From: Thermoproteus sp.
Lineage (GTDB): Archaea > Thermoproteota > Thermoprotei > Thermoproteales > Thermoproteaceae
DNA length: 21,181 nucleotides
Direction of reading: 5' to 3'
NCBI GenBank assembly: GCA_049976425.1
Contig: JBMFIG010000023.1
Span: 1-21,181 of the forward strand
The position numbers and the translations under genes are program-made. Of the stretch, positions 1 to 8,022 are shown one piece after another; the first letter of the stretch is position 1, and each line of letters starts with the position of its first letter. The notes beneath the pieces were generated by a model, which was not told the DNA's origin, ran no database searches, and saw only the letters and a list, made by a program, of their open reading frames with translations.

Positions 1-355
1 CCGTTCACATACGGCGCACTCTACTTAACTCGCCACCAACTTTTCTTAACACCGCTCACCAACTACCACCAATGTAAAGAGCGCCGGAAAGGACGGGAGA
101 GAAATAGAAAGGCGAAGGGGCCGGGGCGGGGAAGGCTTCGGAGTCGGACGCGGTTACTTCTTTACTCTAGTACGTCTATCTCAAATGCAAGAACTATAAG
201 AAAAGACTAATGGCTAAAATTGATGTCGGGCCCGAACCAAACATCCAACACCGAACAAACTAGCGGGTTGCTCTATGGAATAACCCCGCCGAGAGTTGGA
301 GCGGCGAGAATCTACACCTGGAGAGGTCGGCTAAGCTAGGCGGGGACGTCAAATC

Positions 356-427
356 GCCGGGCGGGCGATGATCGAGAACTGGCTCGCGGACCTCTGAAGA
401 GAGGGTATTGAGGTGAGCCCGCCCGGC
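356..427 (+). ncRNA. Candidate box C/D sRNA with 11-bp terminal stem
   Basis: Perfect stem GCCGGGCGGGC (356-366)/GCCCGCCCGGC (417-427) encloses C-like ATGATCG (368-374), 12-nt guide, D' CGGA (387-390), C' TGAAGA (395-400), 12-nt guide and D-like GTGA (413-416). Spacing is canonical for archaeal sRNAs. Confidence 0.7.
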
Positions 428-703
428 TGTCTAGAGATGCGCAGTCAGATATAAACTTTGCCCCCGATATGCCATTTACAGACGCCTATGATAGTCTGCC
501 GCTATCTGTCAAGAGATGTGCCGTAGGTAGCATAAAGCCGATACTCGCATTTTCAGGAGGAGATGTGTTAGCCGCGGCGGGCACGAATAGAGGACAACGT
601 ACCTGTGTAGAACGGAGAGCCGGCTGGGGGCTCTGCCAGACTTAACGTATTTTGGCCCCTGGGGGTGTGACGTCTAGAGTTCCTCGAGGTATGGGGAGAT
701 ATG

Positions 704-1630
704 CTATGGTCTGCGCCTGCCCCTCGCCAGCCTATTGACTTCCCTCAACATGGAGCCTATGCCCAAGATGCCGACAACGGTGAGCACCAGTATTGTGCCT
801 ATGTTTATCGAGTCCAGATTGGGGATGGGATTGCCGGTCGCTACGGCCCACGCGTCTACCTCCGGCAAAGCAATTATCAAAGCGCCGGCGGCCGTGAAGA
901 GGAGGCCGCCGTAGTACAGCGTGAAGCCGGCCACCCGTCTGGCCACCCTCCTGATCTGCTCCTCGGTGAGGCCCTTCAGCCGCATGATCGAGCCGAAAAA
1001 CGCGCCGAAGGCTATCTGCACGGCCATCGTCCCAAGCCCGAAGAGGAGGCCCGGGAGCGGGGCGTAGACGATCGAGCCGGTCTGGGGGGCCAAGACGAAG
1101 GTTATCACGCTAGCGTATGCGCCGAAGCCGAAGCCGGCTATGAGGCCGTGCACGACGGTCATCCCCAACGGGACGTCCCTCTCCTCGAGCTCGTGCATGG
1201 GGACTCCTCCCACCTCGCCGCTGTGGTGCCGCCGACCTCCCAGCAGGACGTCTATCGGGAGGTGGATATATCTGCCCTTGAGGACGTAGAAGCCGGCGGC
1301 GGCCATGGCGACCCCCACCGCCACGTAGACGGGGCCGTCTAGGTTGTACTGGTTATATATCTGGGCGAGTCCTAGATAGCCTAGCGTGGTCAAGAGCGCC
1401 CTCTGCGCCGTGAAGCCGAGCGAGAATAGAAATCCTGCTTTCATGCCGCCGCGCGTGCTGTACTTGCCGACGGCGTAGCTGAAGGTTATGGGCCAGGTAT
1501 GCTCGTCGGGCGTCGCGCCGTGCAGAACGCCTAGTATAAAAGAAATCAGGAGGATCTCCCCAAGATGGAGCCCGCTGGGAGGGCTCAGCACGTATTGAAG
1601 CCAGTTCATGTAGACGTCTCGGACTTCCAT
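704..1630 (-). CDS. Nickel/cobalt transporter-like (NiCoT/RcnA-related) integral membrane protein
   Basis: 308 aa with multiple hydrophobic segments. GVLHGATPDEH resembles the NiCoT/RcnA G-x-x-H-A-x-x-P-D/G-H TM motif. His/Glu-rich loop RRHHSGE...HELEE. Confidence 0.6.
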   Translation of the reverse strand: MEVRDVYMNWLQYVLSPPSGLHLGEILLISFILGVLHGATPDEHTWPITFSYAVGKYSTRGGMKAGFLFSLGFTAQRALLTTLGYLGLAQIYNQYNLDGPVYVAVGVAMAAAGFYVLKGRYIHLPIDVLLGGRRHHSGEVGGVPMHELEERDVPLGMTVVHGLIAGFGFGAYASVITFVLAPQTGSIVYAPLPGLLFGLGTMAVQIAFGAFFGSIMRLKGLTEEQIRRVARRVAGFTLYYGGLLFTAAGALIIALPEVDAWAVATGNPIPNLDSINIGTILVLTVVGILGIGSMLREVNRLARGRRRP

Positions 1631-1636
1631 ATAAAA

Positions 1637-1693
1637 ACTTGTGCACGGAGTTTGCGTTGTTAACCGCGATTTTTCGCGGCTCTGTGCACAAGT
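1637..1693. repeat. 14-bp inverted repeat (1 mismatch) with an internal hairpin, directly upstream of the transporter start codon
   Basis: ACTTGTGCACGGAG (1637-1650) and CTCTGTGCACAAGT (1680-1693); internal CCGCGA-TTTT-TCGCGG (1664-1679). Confidence 0.85.
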
Positions 1694-1809
1694 AAGTGGT
1701 CGGCGGAAATTTTTTATTCACGCTCGGCCCAGCTATACGGCAGGATCGGCCGCCGAGAGGGCCGGGGAGCCCGCTGTGAGCGCGGCTCCGGTTCCCTACG
1801 GCTCCGCAT

Positions 1810-2346
1810 CTAGCTCTGACCCAAGGCGTATATAGCGGCGCCCGCTGTAAGGAGCACTACCTCGTACGCCTCCAACGCCGCCGCCGAGGGCCACGGCACC
1901 ATCAAGGCGCCCGCCAGGGCCGCTAGGAATATCGCCGCGTACGACAGCCCAATCCGCTTCCTCTCGACGAGTGCTCGGCCCAGCCCGTATATTAAGAAGC
2001 CGAGAAACGCTTGGATAAAGAACCAGGTGGAGACGAAGACGTGCGGCCGAGTTCCTTCGTGGTATATGCCTATGAGGGCGAGGAAGATAGCTGAGATCGA
2101 TAGGTAGGCGCCGCCGACGGCCTCCAGCTTATTCGACGAAGACGAGACCACGTGGACGGAGAAGAGGCCCAGGAAGGCGGCGGCCGTGATCAAGCCGTCG
2201 TTGTAAATCCACGGATAGGCCGCCCTCGGGCCTCCCAAGTCGCTGAAGGCGTTCCTAGAAATATTGAACCAGGGATTTACGGATATAGACGCCAGTGCGG
2301 TTAGCCAGAAGGCCGCGGAGGCTACAAGCCCCGTGTACCTCAACAT
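1810..2346 (-). CDS. DUF998-like membrane protein
   Basis: NPWF...NAFSDLG...WIYN-G motif and ~6 hydrophobic segments. Start moved to the ATG of MLRYTG (2346); the ORF track begins at 2370. Confidence 0.75.
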   Translation of the reverse strand: MLRYTGLVASAAFWLTALASISVNPWFNISRNAFSDLGGPRAAYPWIYNDGLITAAAFLGLFSVHVVSSSSNKLEAVGGAYLSISAIFLALIGIYHEGTRPHVFVSTWFFIQAFLGFLIYGLGRALVERKRIGLSYAAIFLAALAGALMVPWPSAAALEAYEVVLLTAGAAIYALGQS

Positions 2347-2382
2347 CCTACATGGACAGCCAGCTCGCATGTACTTTTTACC

Positions 2383-2403
2383 ATAGTCATATATAAAGAC
2401 TAT
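2383..2403 (+). promoter_or_regulatory. TATA box of the MFS-hydantoinase operon embedded in the palindrome ATAGTC-N9-GACTAT
   Basis: TATATAAA at 2390-2397 begins 28 nt before ATG 2418 (leaderless spacing) and is flanked by 6-bp inverted arms 2383-2388/2398-2403. Confidence 0.6.
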
Positions 2404-2417
2404 TAATATGTTGCTTT

Positions 2418-3656
2418 ATGGCTCAACAAAAAATCGGCGTAGGGCTTGTGACCGGAGTCGCCGCCGGGACCTTGCTAGAATGGTACGACGCTTTCCTCTT
2501 CGTGGTGGCGGCAAGCTACGTAGGCGCCGCCTTCTTCCCCTCGAAGAACCCGCTGGCAGAACTCGCCAGTGTATTTCTCACATTCTCTCTGGGCTTCTTC
2601 GCGCGTCCCGTCGGCGCGTTGCTTTTCGGATACATAGGGGATCGCTACGGCAGAAGGGAGGCCATGCTTTGGACCTTAACGCTAGCTGGTCTGGCCACCG
2701 CACTAATAGGAGTCGTGCCTCCCTACTCCGCATGGGGCGCCGCCGCCATAACCGCCGTGGTCGTGTTGAGGCTATTACAGGGTCTGGCGTTAGGCGGCGA
2801 GTGGGGATCCGCGGTAAACTACCTATTCGAAAACGTGAGAAGGAGGCGGCTGTACATGCTATTCGTCCAAAGTGGCGTGCCGCTCGGCCTTCTCCTGGCC
2901 GCCGGCGTTATGTTAGCGCTGACGGCCATTATGGGGACGGCCGCCGTCTCGGCGTGGGGCTGGAGGATCGCGTTCCTGTTGTCCCTTATAATAGTAATAG
3001 TAGGACTGTTGTTCAGACTTAAGTTTGGAGAGACCTTCGAGTACCTCGAGGCGAGGCGTTCGGTCGCCAAGGTGGAGAACCCCATCGGCGGAGTCTTCTT
3101 GAAGCACTGGGCTCCTCTCCTCGTGGGCATATTCTTGGCAGGCGCCGCAGGCGCTGTGTTCTACTACGGCAATACGTTTCTGCCAAACGTGGCTAACGCC
3201 CTAGGCGTTGTCACGGCCACGCAGAAGTTCTCCGTCATAATCCTCTTCGCCGTCCTCGATCTAATAGGGGTAATAATCAGCGGATTCGTGGCCGAGCGTT
3301 TAGGCAATGTGATACCCATAGTGGCCGGTTTCGTGTTGTTCATAATCGCGTCGTTGTTAGTTGAGGAGGGGCTTTCAAGCGTTACCGCATTGGCTACCAT
3401 CGCCGCTTTGACGGGCATAGCACATGGGATCGTTTATACGCCTGAGGCCGCGTACCTGGCCGAGCTATTCCCTACCCTTGTGCGGAACACCGGCGTGTCT
3501 TCTGCGTATCAAATAGGCAACGCGGTAATAGCGAGCACCGCGCCCTATGTCATGACCGCCATTCTGCCCTACGGCCGTTTCTGGGCCGGGGTCTACCTAG
3601 CCCTCCTGGCGGTGATAGGGCTGGCCGGCGTGGTGGCGTATAGGCCCCGGAGATGA
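2418..3656 (+). CDS. MFS transporter, metabolite:H+ symporter (MHS; ProP/ShiA-like) family
   Basis: GTLLEWYD, GFFARPVGALLFGYIGDRYGRR, LRLLQGLALGGEW and AELFPT-VR-TG motifs; ~12 TM segments. Confidence 0.93.
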   Translation: MAQQKIGVGLVTGVAAGTLLEWYDAFLFVVAASYVGAAFFPSKNPLAELASVFLTFSLGFFARPVGALLFGYIGDRYGRREAMLWTLTLAGLATALIGVVPPYSAWGAAAITAVVVLRLLQGLALGGEWGSAVNYLFENVRRRRLYMLFVQSGVPLGLLLAAGVMLALTAIMGTAAVSAWGWRIAFLLSLIIVIVGLLFRLKFGETFEYLEARRSVAKVENPIGGVFLKHWAPLLVGIFLAGAAGAVFYYGNTFLPNVANALGVVTATQKFSVIILFAVLDLIGVIISGFVAERLGNVIPIVAGFVLFIIASLLVEEGLSSVTALATIAALTGIAHGIVYTPEAAYLAELFPTLVRNTGVSSAYQIGNAVIASTAPYVMTAILPYGRFWAGVYLALLAVIGLAGVVAYRPRR

Positions 3657-5599
3657 GCCTCGTCGGCGTAGACGTAGGGGGGACGTTCACGGACTTCGTG
3701 GTGGTTGACAAGGACGGCAATATTAAGACGCTCAAGATACTCTCGACGCCTAGAGAGCCTGAGAGGGCTGTCATCGAGGGGCTTTCAGGCCTCGACTTCT
3801 CCGAGGTCCTCCACGCGTCGACTATAGGCACCAACGCGCTCCTGGGGCAGGTAGGGCTGGAGATACCCAAGGTGGCGTTCTTCACCACGAAGGGCTTCCG
3901 CGATGTGATAGAGATCGGGAGGCAGAACAGGCCTAGGCTCTACGACCTGTACTTCCAGAAGCCCAGACAGATAGTGCCTAGGGAGCTACGTTTCGAGGTC
4001 GACGAGAGGACTCTGCCAGACGGGACTGTGGAGAGGGCCGTCGACCCCCGAGAGGTCGAGGAGCTAGCCCGGAGGGCCAAGTCGGCCGGCGCCGTCAGCG
4101 CGGCCGTCGGCTTCCTCCACTCGTACGCAAATCCCTCCAACGAGGAGGCGGCGGCGAAGATCCTCAAGGAGCATTTCGAGTACGTCACGGCGTCGTACGA
4201 GGTGGCGTGGGAGGCCAGGGAGTACGAGCGGTTCTCCACGGCCGTGGTCAACGCGGCCTTGATGCCTCTCGTCGGGAGGTATCTGGGCAAGTTGAAGAGC
4301 TACGTGGAGTCGAGAGGCGGGAGGATGTACGTCATGGCCAGCTCCGGCGGCTTGGTGACCGTGGACGAGGCGGCGAGGAGGCCTGTCCAGCTGGTCGAGT
4401 CGGGGCCCGCCGCGGGGGTCATAGCGGCTGCGGAGCTGGCCAAGCTGTTAGACGAGAGGCAGGTCATCTCGTTCGACATGGGCGGCACGACAGCTAAGGC
4501 CGGGACCGTCGTGGATTTCGAGCCCGCCATAACGGCAGAGTACGAGGTGGGCGGCGAAAGCCACAGAGGCAGAGTCGTCAAGGGCTCCGGCTATCCCGTG
4601 AGGTTCCCCTTCGTGGACCTCGCGGAGGTCTCCGCGGGGGGCGGGACCATAGTCTGGAGGGACGCCGGCGGGGCCTTGAGGGTTGGGCCGCTGAGCGCAG
4701 GCGCCGACCCTGGCCCTGTGAGCTACGGAAGAGGCGGCGCGGAGCCCACCATAACTGACGCAAACCTGGTGCTGGGGAGGATACCGGAGGCTATCGCGGG
4801 CGGCCGCATGAAGCTGGACAGAGAAGCCGCCGAGAGGGCCTTCGCCAAGCTGGGCGACCCCGTGGATGTCGCTGGGTCTGCCGTCAAGCTGGTCAACCTC
4901 GAGATGGCGCGCGCCATAAGGCTCGTGACAGTCGAGAGGGGGCTGGACCCCTCCCGCTTCGTCCTCATGGCCTTCGGAGGCGCCGGGCCGCAACACGCGG
5001 CTGAGGTGGCCGAGGAGATGGGGATGGGCCGCGTGTTGATCCCGCCTATGCCGGGCGTCTTCACCTCCCTCGGCATGTTGATGGCAGACTTCAAGTTCGA
5101 GGCGCGTATGGCCTATCCCAAAGACGTGGCGAGGGGCTTCGAGGAGCTGGAGGGGAGGCTGGCCCAATACAAGCCGGACTACTACCTGCGGTATGCCGAC
5201 GTGCGGTATAGGGGACAGGGCTGGGAGCTCACCGTGCCCGTGGGCGCGGACGCCTCCCCCGAGGCCATAAGGAGGGCGTTCGAGGAGAAGCACCTGGCCA
5301 CCTACGGCTTCAGGCTGGATAGGGAGATCGAGGTGACGACCATACGCGCCTTCGCCGTTGTGAGAAGGGCCAAGCCGCGCCTCGGCGATCCCCCCGCCTC
5401 GGGCGAGCCCGAGGTCTTCGAGAGGGAGGTCTACTTCGACGGCTGGACCGCCGCCGCGGTGTACCGCAGACAGGATCTGCCCCTGGGCTTCAAGATCAAG
5501 GGGCCCGCTCTAATCGTCGAGGACTACTCCACGACCGTCGTGCCGCCGCGTTGGGAGGTCTCCGTGAGGAAATACGGCGTGCTCGAGATGAGGCTATGA
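3653..5599 (+). CDS. hyuA: Hydantoinase/5-oxoprolinase subunit A (ATP-binding)
   Basis: [44 protein letters not shown] and [11 protein letters not shown] motifs; ATGA overlap with the MFS gene. Confidence 0.93.
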   Translation: MSLVGVDVGGTFTDFVVVDKDGNIKTLKILSTPREPERAVIEGLSGLDFSEVLHASTIGTNALLGQVGLEIPKVAFFTTKGFRDVIEIGRQNRPRLYDLYFQKPRQIVPRELRFEVDERTLPDGTVERAVDPREVEELARRAKSAGAVSAAVGFLHSYANPSNEEAAAKILKEHFEYVTASYEVAWEAREYERFSTAVVNAALMPLVGRYLGKLKSYVESRGGRMYVMASSGGLVTVDEAARRPVQLVESGPAAGVIAAAELAKLLDERQVISFDMGGTTAKAGTVVDFEPAITAEYEVGGESHRGRVVKGSGYPVRFPFVDLAEVSAGGGTIVWRDAGGALRVGPLSAGADPGPVSYGRGGAEPTITDANLVLGRIPEAIAGGRMKLDREAAERAFAKLGDPVDVAGSAVKLVNLEMARAIRLVTVERGLDPSRFVLMAFGGAGPQHAAEVAEEMGMGRVLIPPMPGVFTSLGMLMADFKFEARMAYPKDVARGFEELEGRLAQYKPDYYLRYADVRYRGQGWELTVPVGADASPEAIRRAFEEKHLATYGFRLDREIEVTTIRAFAVVRRAKPRLGDPPASGEPEVFEREVYFDGWTAAAVYRRQDLPLGFKIKGPALIVEDYSTTVVPPRWEVSVRKYGVLEMRL

Positions 5600-7146
5600 G
5601 GTGGGAGCTGATCCATAGAGCTACCGAGTATATAGCCGAGGAGGCGGGCATCGCGCTGAGGAACTCGGCCTTCTCGCCGAATATCAGGGAGCGCATGGAC
5701 CACAGCGTGGCGATCGTCGACTCGGAGGGGCGTATAGTGGCGCAGGCCGAGCATATACCGGTGCATCTGGGCTCCTTCCACGTAGGCGTGGCCAATCTGC
5801 TGGGCTATTTGGCCAGGGAGGGTATCGAGCTCGAGGAGGGCGATGCCGTGTTGACCAACGACCCCTACATCTCGGGGACTCACCTGAACGACGTGATGGT
5901 GCTGTACCCGGTGTACTGGCGGGGAAGGCTCGTGGCCTATGTGGCCTCTAAGGCCCACTACGTGGACGTCGGCGGCCCGCTCCCGGCGTCTCTGAACCCC
6001 AGAGCCAAGACGATATACGAAGAGGGCGTTGTGGTGCCGCCGGTCAAGATACTGAGGCGCGGCGAGCTCAACAAGGAGGCCTTGAGCTTCATCCTGGAGA
6101 ACTTCAAGACGCCGGCGGCCGCCCGCGGCGACTTGGAGGCGCAATTGGCCGCGTCCCGCGTAGGCGCGGCGAGGGTCAGAGATCTCTTTGAGAGGTTCGG
6201 AGACGTCTCGGGTCAGTGGAGCGAGGCCGTTGAGTACGGCAGGAGGCTCGCCCTGGGCGAGATAGGCAAATGGCCGGCGGGCAGATACGAGGCGGTGGAC
6301 TACCTGGACTGGAGGGGGGAGAGGTTGACCATAAGGATATCGCTGGACATCTCGCGGGAGGGGGTCGTGGCAGACTTCGAGGGGACTGCGGGGCAAGTTG
6401 AGGCGCCCCTCAACGCGGTGCTCGGCGTCACTTTCTCCGCCGTCTCGTTCGCCGTGAGGTCCGCCATAGGCGGCTATCTGCCGACCAACCACGGGTTCTA
6501 CAGCGTTATAAAACTCAAGGCGCCCGAAGGCTCTCTGGTGAACCCTGTGAAGCCGGCCGCCGTGGGGGCCGGCAACCTCGAGACTAGCCAGAGGGTAGCC
6601 GACGTGACGTTCCTAGCGCTCTCCAAGGCCCTACCCGGCAGAATACCCGCCGCGGGATCCGGCACGATGATGAACGTCATGATGGGCGGCGTGTGGCGCG
6701 GCCGTTATTGGTCCTACTACGAGACCATAGGCGGGGGCTCCGGCGGCAGGCCCAGCGGTCCCGGCGTGTCGGGCGTCCACGTGAACATGACCAACACCCT
6801 CAACACGCCCATAGAGATAGCAGAGCGGGAATACCCCGTCAGATTCACCGCGTATACGATCAGAGAGGGTAGCGGAGGGCGCGGGAGATATCCGGGCGGA
6901 GACGGCATTATCAGGGCCTTTAAGGTCCTCGCGCCGACGACTCTGTCGATAATAGCCAGCAGGCTTGAGATAGGGCCTTGGGGGCTCGAGGGCGGGGAGC
7001 CTGGGCGGCCCGGCAGAATAACCGTGAGGAGACGTAACGGCGAGGCCGTGACTATAGGTAGCGAGACGGTAGAGCTCGCTGAAGGCGACGAGGTAGTTAT
7101 AGAGACACCGGGAGGGGGAGGCTACGGAAGAGAGAAGGTTTTATAG
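5596..7146 (+). CDS. hyuB: Hydantoinase B/5-oxoprolinase subunit B
   Basis: [43 protein letters not shown] and ETPGGGGYG motifs. Start set at ATG 5596, an ATGA overlap with the subunit A stop. Confidence 0.93.
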   Translation: MRWELIHRATEYIAEEAGIALRNSAFSPNIRERMDHSVAIVDSEGRIVAQAEHIPVHLGSFHVGVANLLGYLAREGIELEEGDAVLTNDPYISGTHLNDVMVLYPVYWRGRLVAYVASKAHYVDVGGPLPASLNPRAKTIYEEGVVVPPVKILRRGELNKEALSFILENFKTPAAARGDLEAQLAASRVGAARVRDLFERFGDVSGQWSEAVEYGRRLALGEIGKWPAGRYEAVDYLDWRGERLTIRISLDISREGVVADFEGTAGQVEAPLNAVLGVTFSAVSFAVRSAIGGYLPTNHGFYSVIKLKAPEGSLVNPVKPAAVGAGNLETSQRVADVTFLALSKALPGRIPAAGSGTMMNVMMGGVWRGRYWSYYETIGGGSGGRPSGPGVSGVHVNMTNTLNTPIEIAEREYPVRFTAYTIREGSGGRGRYPGGDGIIRAFKVLAPTTLSIIASRLEIGPWGLEGGEPGRPGRITVRRRNGEAVTIGSETVELAEGDEVVIETPGGGGYGREKVL

Positions 7147-7240
7147 CGGGGCGGATATATCCACCTAGGCTTCCTGGAGAAAACGGCTTGGTTAAAAGGC
7201 TTGGCATGAGACACGGCGATGTGTACTTTATCGAGGATAA

Positions 7241-7330
7241 TACCTATTGATATTGGAATTAATTATATATTAATTAAGAAAAGTCTATGTATAAATTAAA
7301 CAAAAATCCTTTAAATAAAATAAAGACAAT
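7241..7330. other. AT-rich intergenic island
   Basis: 76/90 A+T by hand count in a GC-rich context; includes a 21-nt pure A/T run at 7257-7277 with the inverted repeat TTAATTA-N5-TAATTAA. Confidence 0.85.
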
Positions 7331-7422
7331 AATAGTGTAGAAGAGTACGCTTAGGGGGTTGAGGTCAGTTCGCGATACACGGAAGGGTTATAACGCCGCA
7401 AATTCAGCGTGTTGTCTCGGCG

Positions 7423-7438
7423 GCAAAATGTTTAAAAA
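7423..7438 (+). promoter_or_regulatory. BRE/TATA promoter of 5S rRNA
   Basis: GCAAAATG followed by TTTAAAAA (7431-7438), beginning 28 nt before the predicted 5S 5' end. Confidence 0.75.
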
Positions 7439-7458
7439 GCCAAGCTTGTATAGCGGAT

Positions 7459-7589
7459 GCCCTCTGAGCCGGCCACAGGCGCCGGTGCTACGCCCGGACT
7501 CGCCAGATCCCGGAAGCTAAGGCCGGCGCCGCGCTCGGGAGTACTGGGCTCCGCGAGGGCCCGGGAAACCGGCGTGCTGGCAGGAGGGC
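7459..7589 (+). rRNA. rrf: 5S ribosomal RNA (unlinked from the 16S-23S operon)
   Basis: Terminal helix GCCCTC/GAGGGC. 5S hallmarks: CCCGGACTCG...CCCGGAAGCTAAG, loop E AGTA, helix GGGCTC-CGCGAG-GGCCC and GGGAAAC. TATA upstream and pyrimidine tract downstream. Confidence 0.95.
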
Positions 7590-7597
7590 TTTCTCTT
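7590..7597 (+). terminator. Pyrimidine-rich archaeal terminator-like tract after 5S rRNA
   Basis: TTTCTCTT immediately 3' of the terminal helix. Confidence 0.5.
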
Positions 7598-7599
7598 CG

Positions 7600-7998
7600 T
7601 TAAATCGCCGCGACCAGCTTGCGTAACGTCTCGTCGAGCTTCCTCACGGCCTCCGCCACCTCGACTATCCTTGCGCTGAGCGCGTCGGTCGACTCCGTCT
7701 GCCTTTTCTCGAGCCTCTCGGCGATCTGCTCCACGGTCCGCGCGAGCGCCCCTATCGCCTCGACTTCCCTCTCCGCCAACGACTTTAGCGCGGCTATATC
7801 CGAGGAGCTACTCCGACAAGCCTCGGCCAGCGCCCTCGTCGAAGCGTTCTGTTCTCTTATCTCGGCCGCGAGGTTTTCTAGGGTCTGCGCCAGCCTCTGG
7901 AGGGTCTGCGCCAGCTCGGCGATGCCCAGCTTGGCCCTCGCTATGTCTCTAAACTCGGCGTCCTCCTCCAGCAGTCTTATGAGCTCCCTCTTGAGCAT
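7600..7998 (-). CDS. Coiled-coil protein with paREP/DUF3782-like N-terminus (132 aa)
   Basis: Begins MLKRELIRLLEEDAEFR...KLGI, followed by heptad repeats. The upstream extension to 8334 is antisense to the epimerase and was rejected. Confidence 0.7.
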   Translation of the reverse strand: MLKRELIRLLEEDAEFRDIARAKLGIAELAQTLQRLAQTLENLAAEIREQNASTRALAEACRSSSSDIAALKSLAEREVEAIGALARTVEQIAERLEKRQTESTDALSARIVEVAEAVRKLDETLRKLVAAI

Positions 7999-8022
7999 GA
8001 AAATATATCCCCTCTTATTTTT

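Noticed and set aside
1-355. ORF-poor region with a C/A-rich then purine-rich tract, a CCCCGCC/GGCGGGG inverted repeat (284-345) and GGCGGGGACGTCAA resembling an IS200/IS605 right end or an H/ACA-like hairpin
   Set aside because: No tnpA/tnpB remnant, no proper subterminal hairpin and no ACA box or clear K-loop; the similarity is too short to support a call. No CRISPR repeats either.
469-645. 58-codon plus-strand ORF (MPFTDAYDSL...)
   Set aside because: No recognisable motif, atypical codon usage, and the nearest TATA-like motif is too close to the ATG.
701-1342. 213-aa plus-strand ORF and other long antisense/shadow ORFs (4448-5293, 5524-6492, 8358-9044, 16172-16705, 19737-20192)
   Set aside because: They overlap well-supported genes, have no motifs, and are expected in GC-rich coding DNA.
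1755-1802. Minus-strand AGGGAACCGG...CCCCGG as a possible cobalamin riboswitch upstream of the metal transporter
   Set aside because: Lacks the T-loop (GxAA) hairpin, the GCxACUG element and the B12 box.
7350-7368. CTTAGGGGGTTGAGGTCAG, reminiscent of Thermoproteales IS605-type element ends
   Set aside because: Several mismatches, no matching hairpin arm and no transposase or TnpB remnant nearby.
7459-7589. Possible tRNA, SRP RNA or novel structured RNA
   Set aside because: Fully explained by 5S rRNA motifs and secondary structure.
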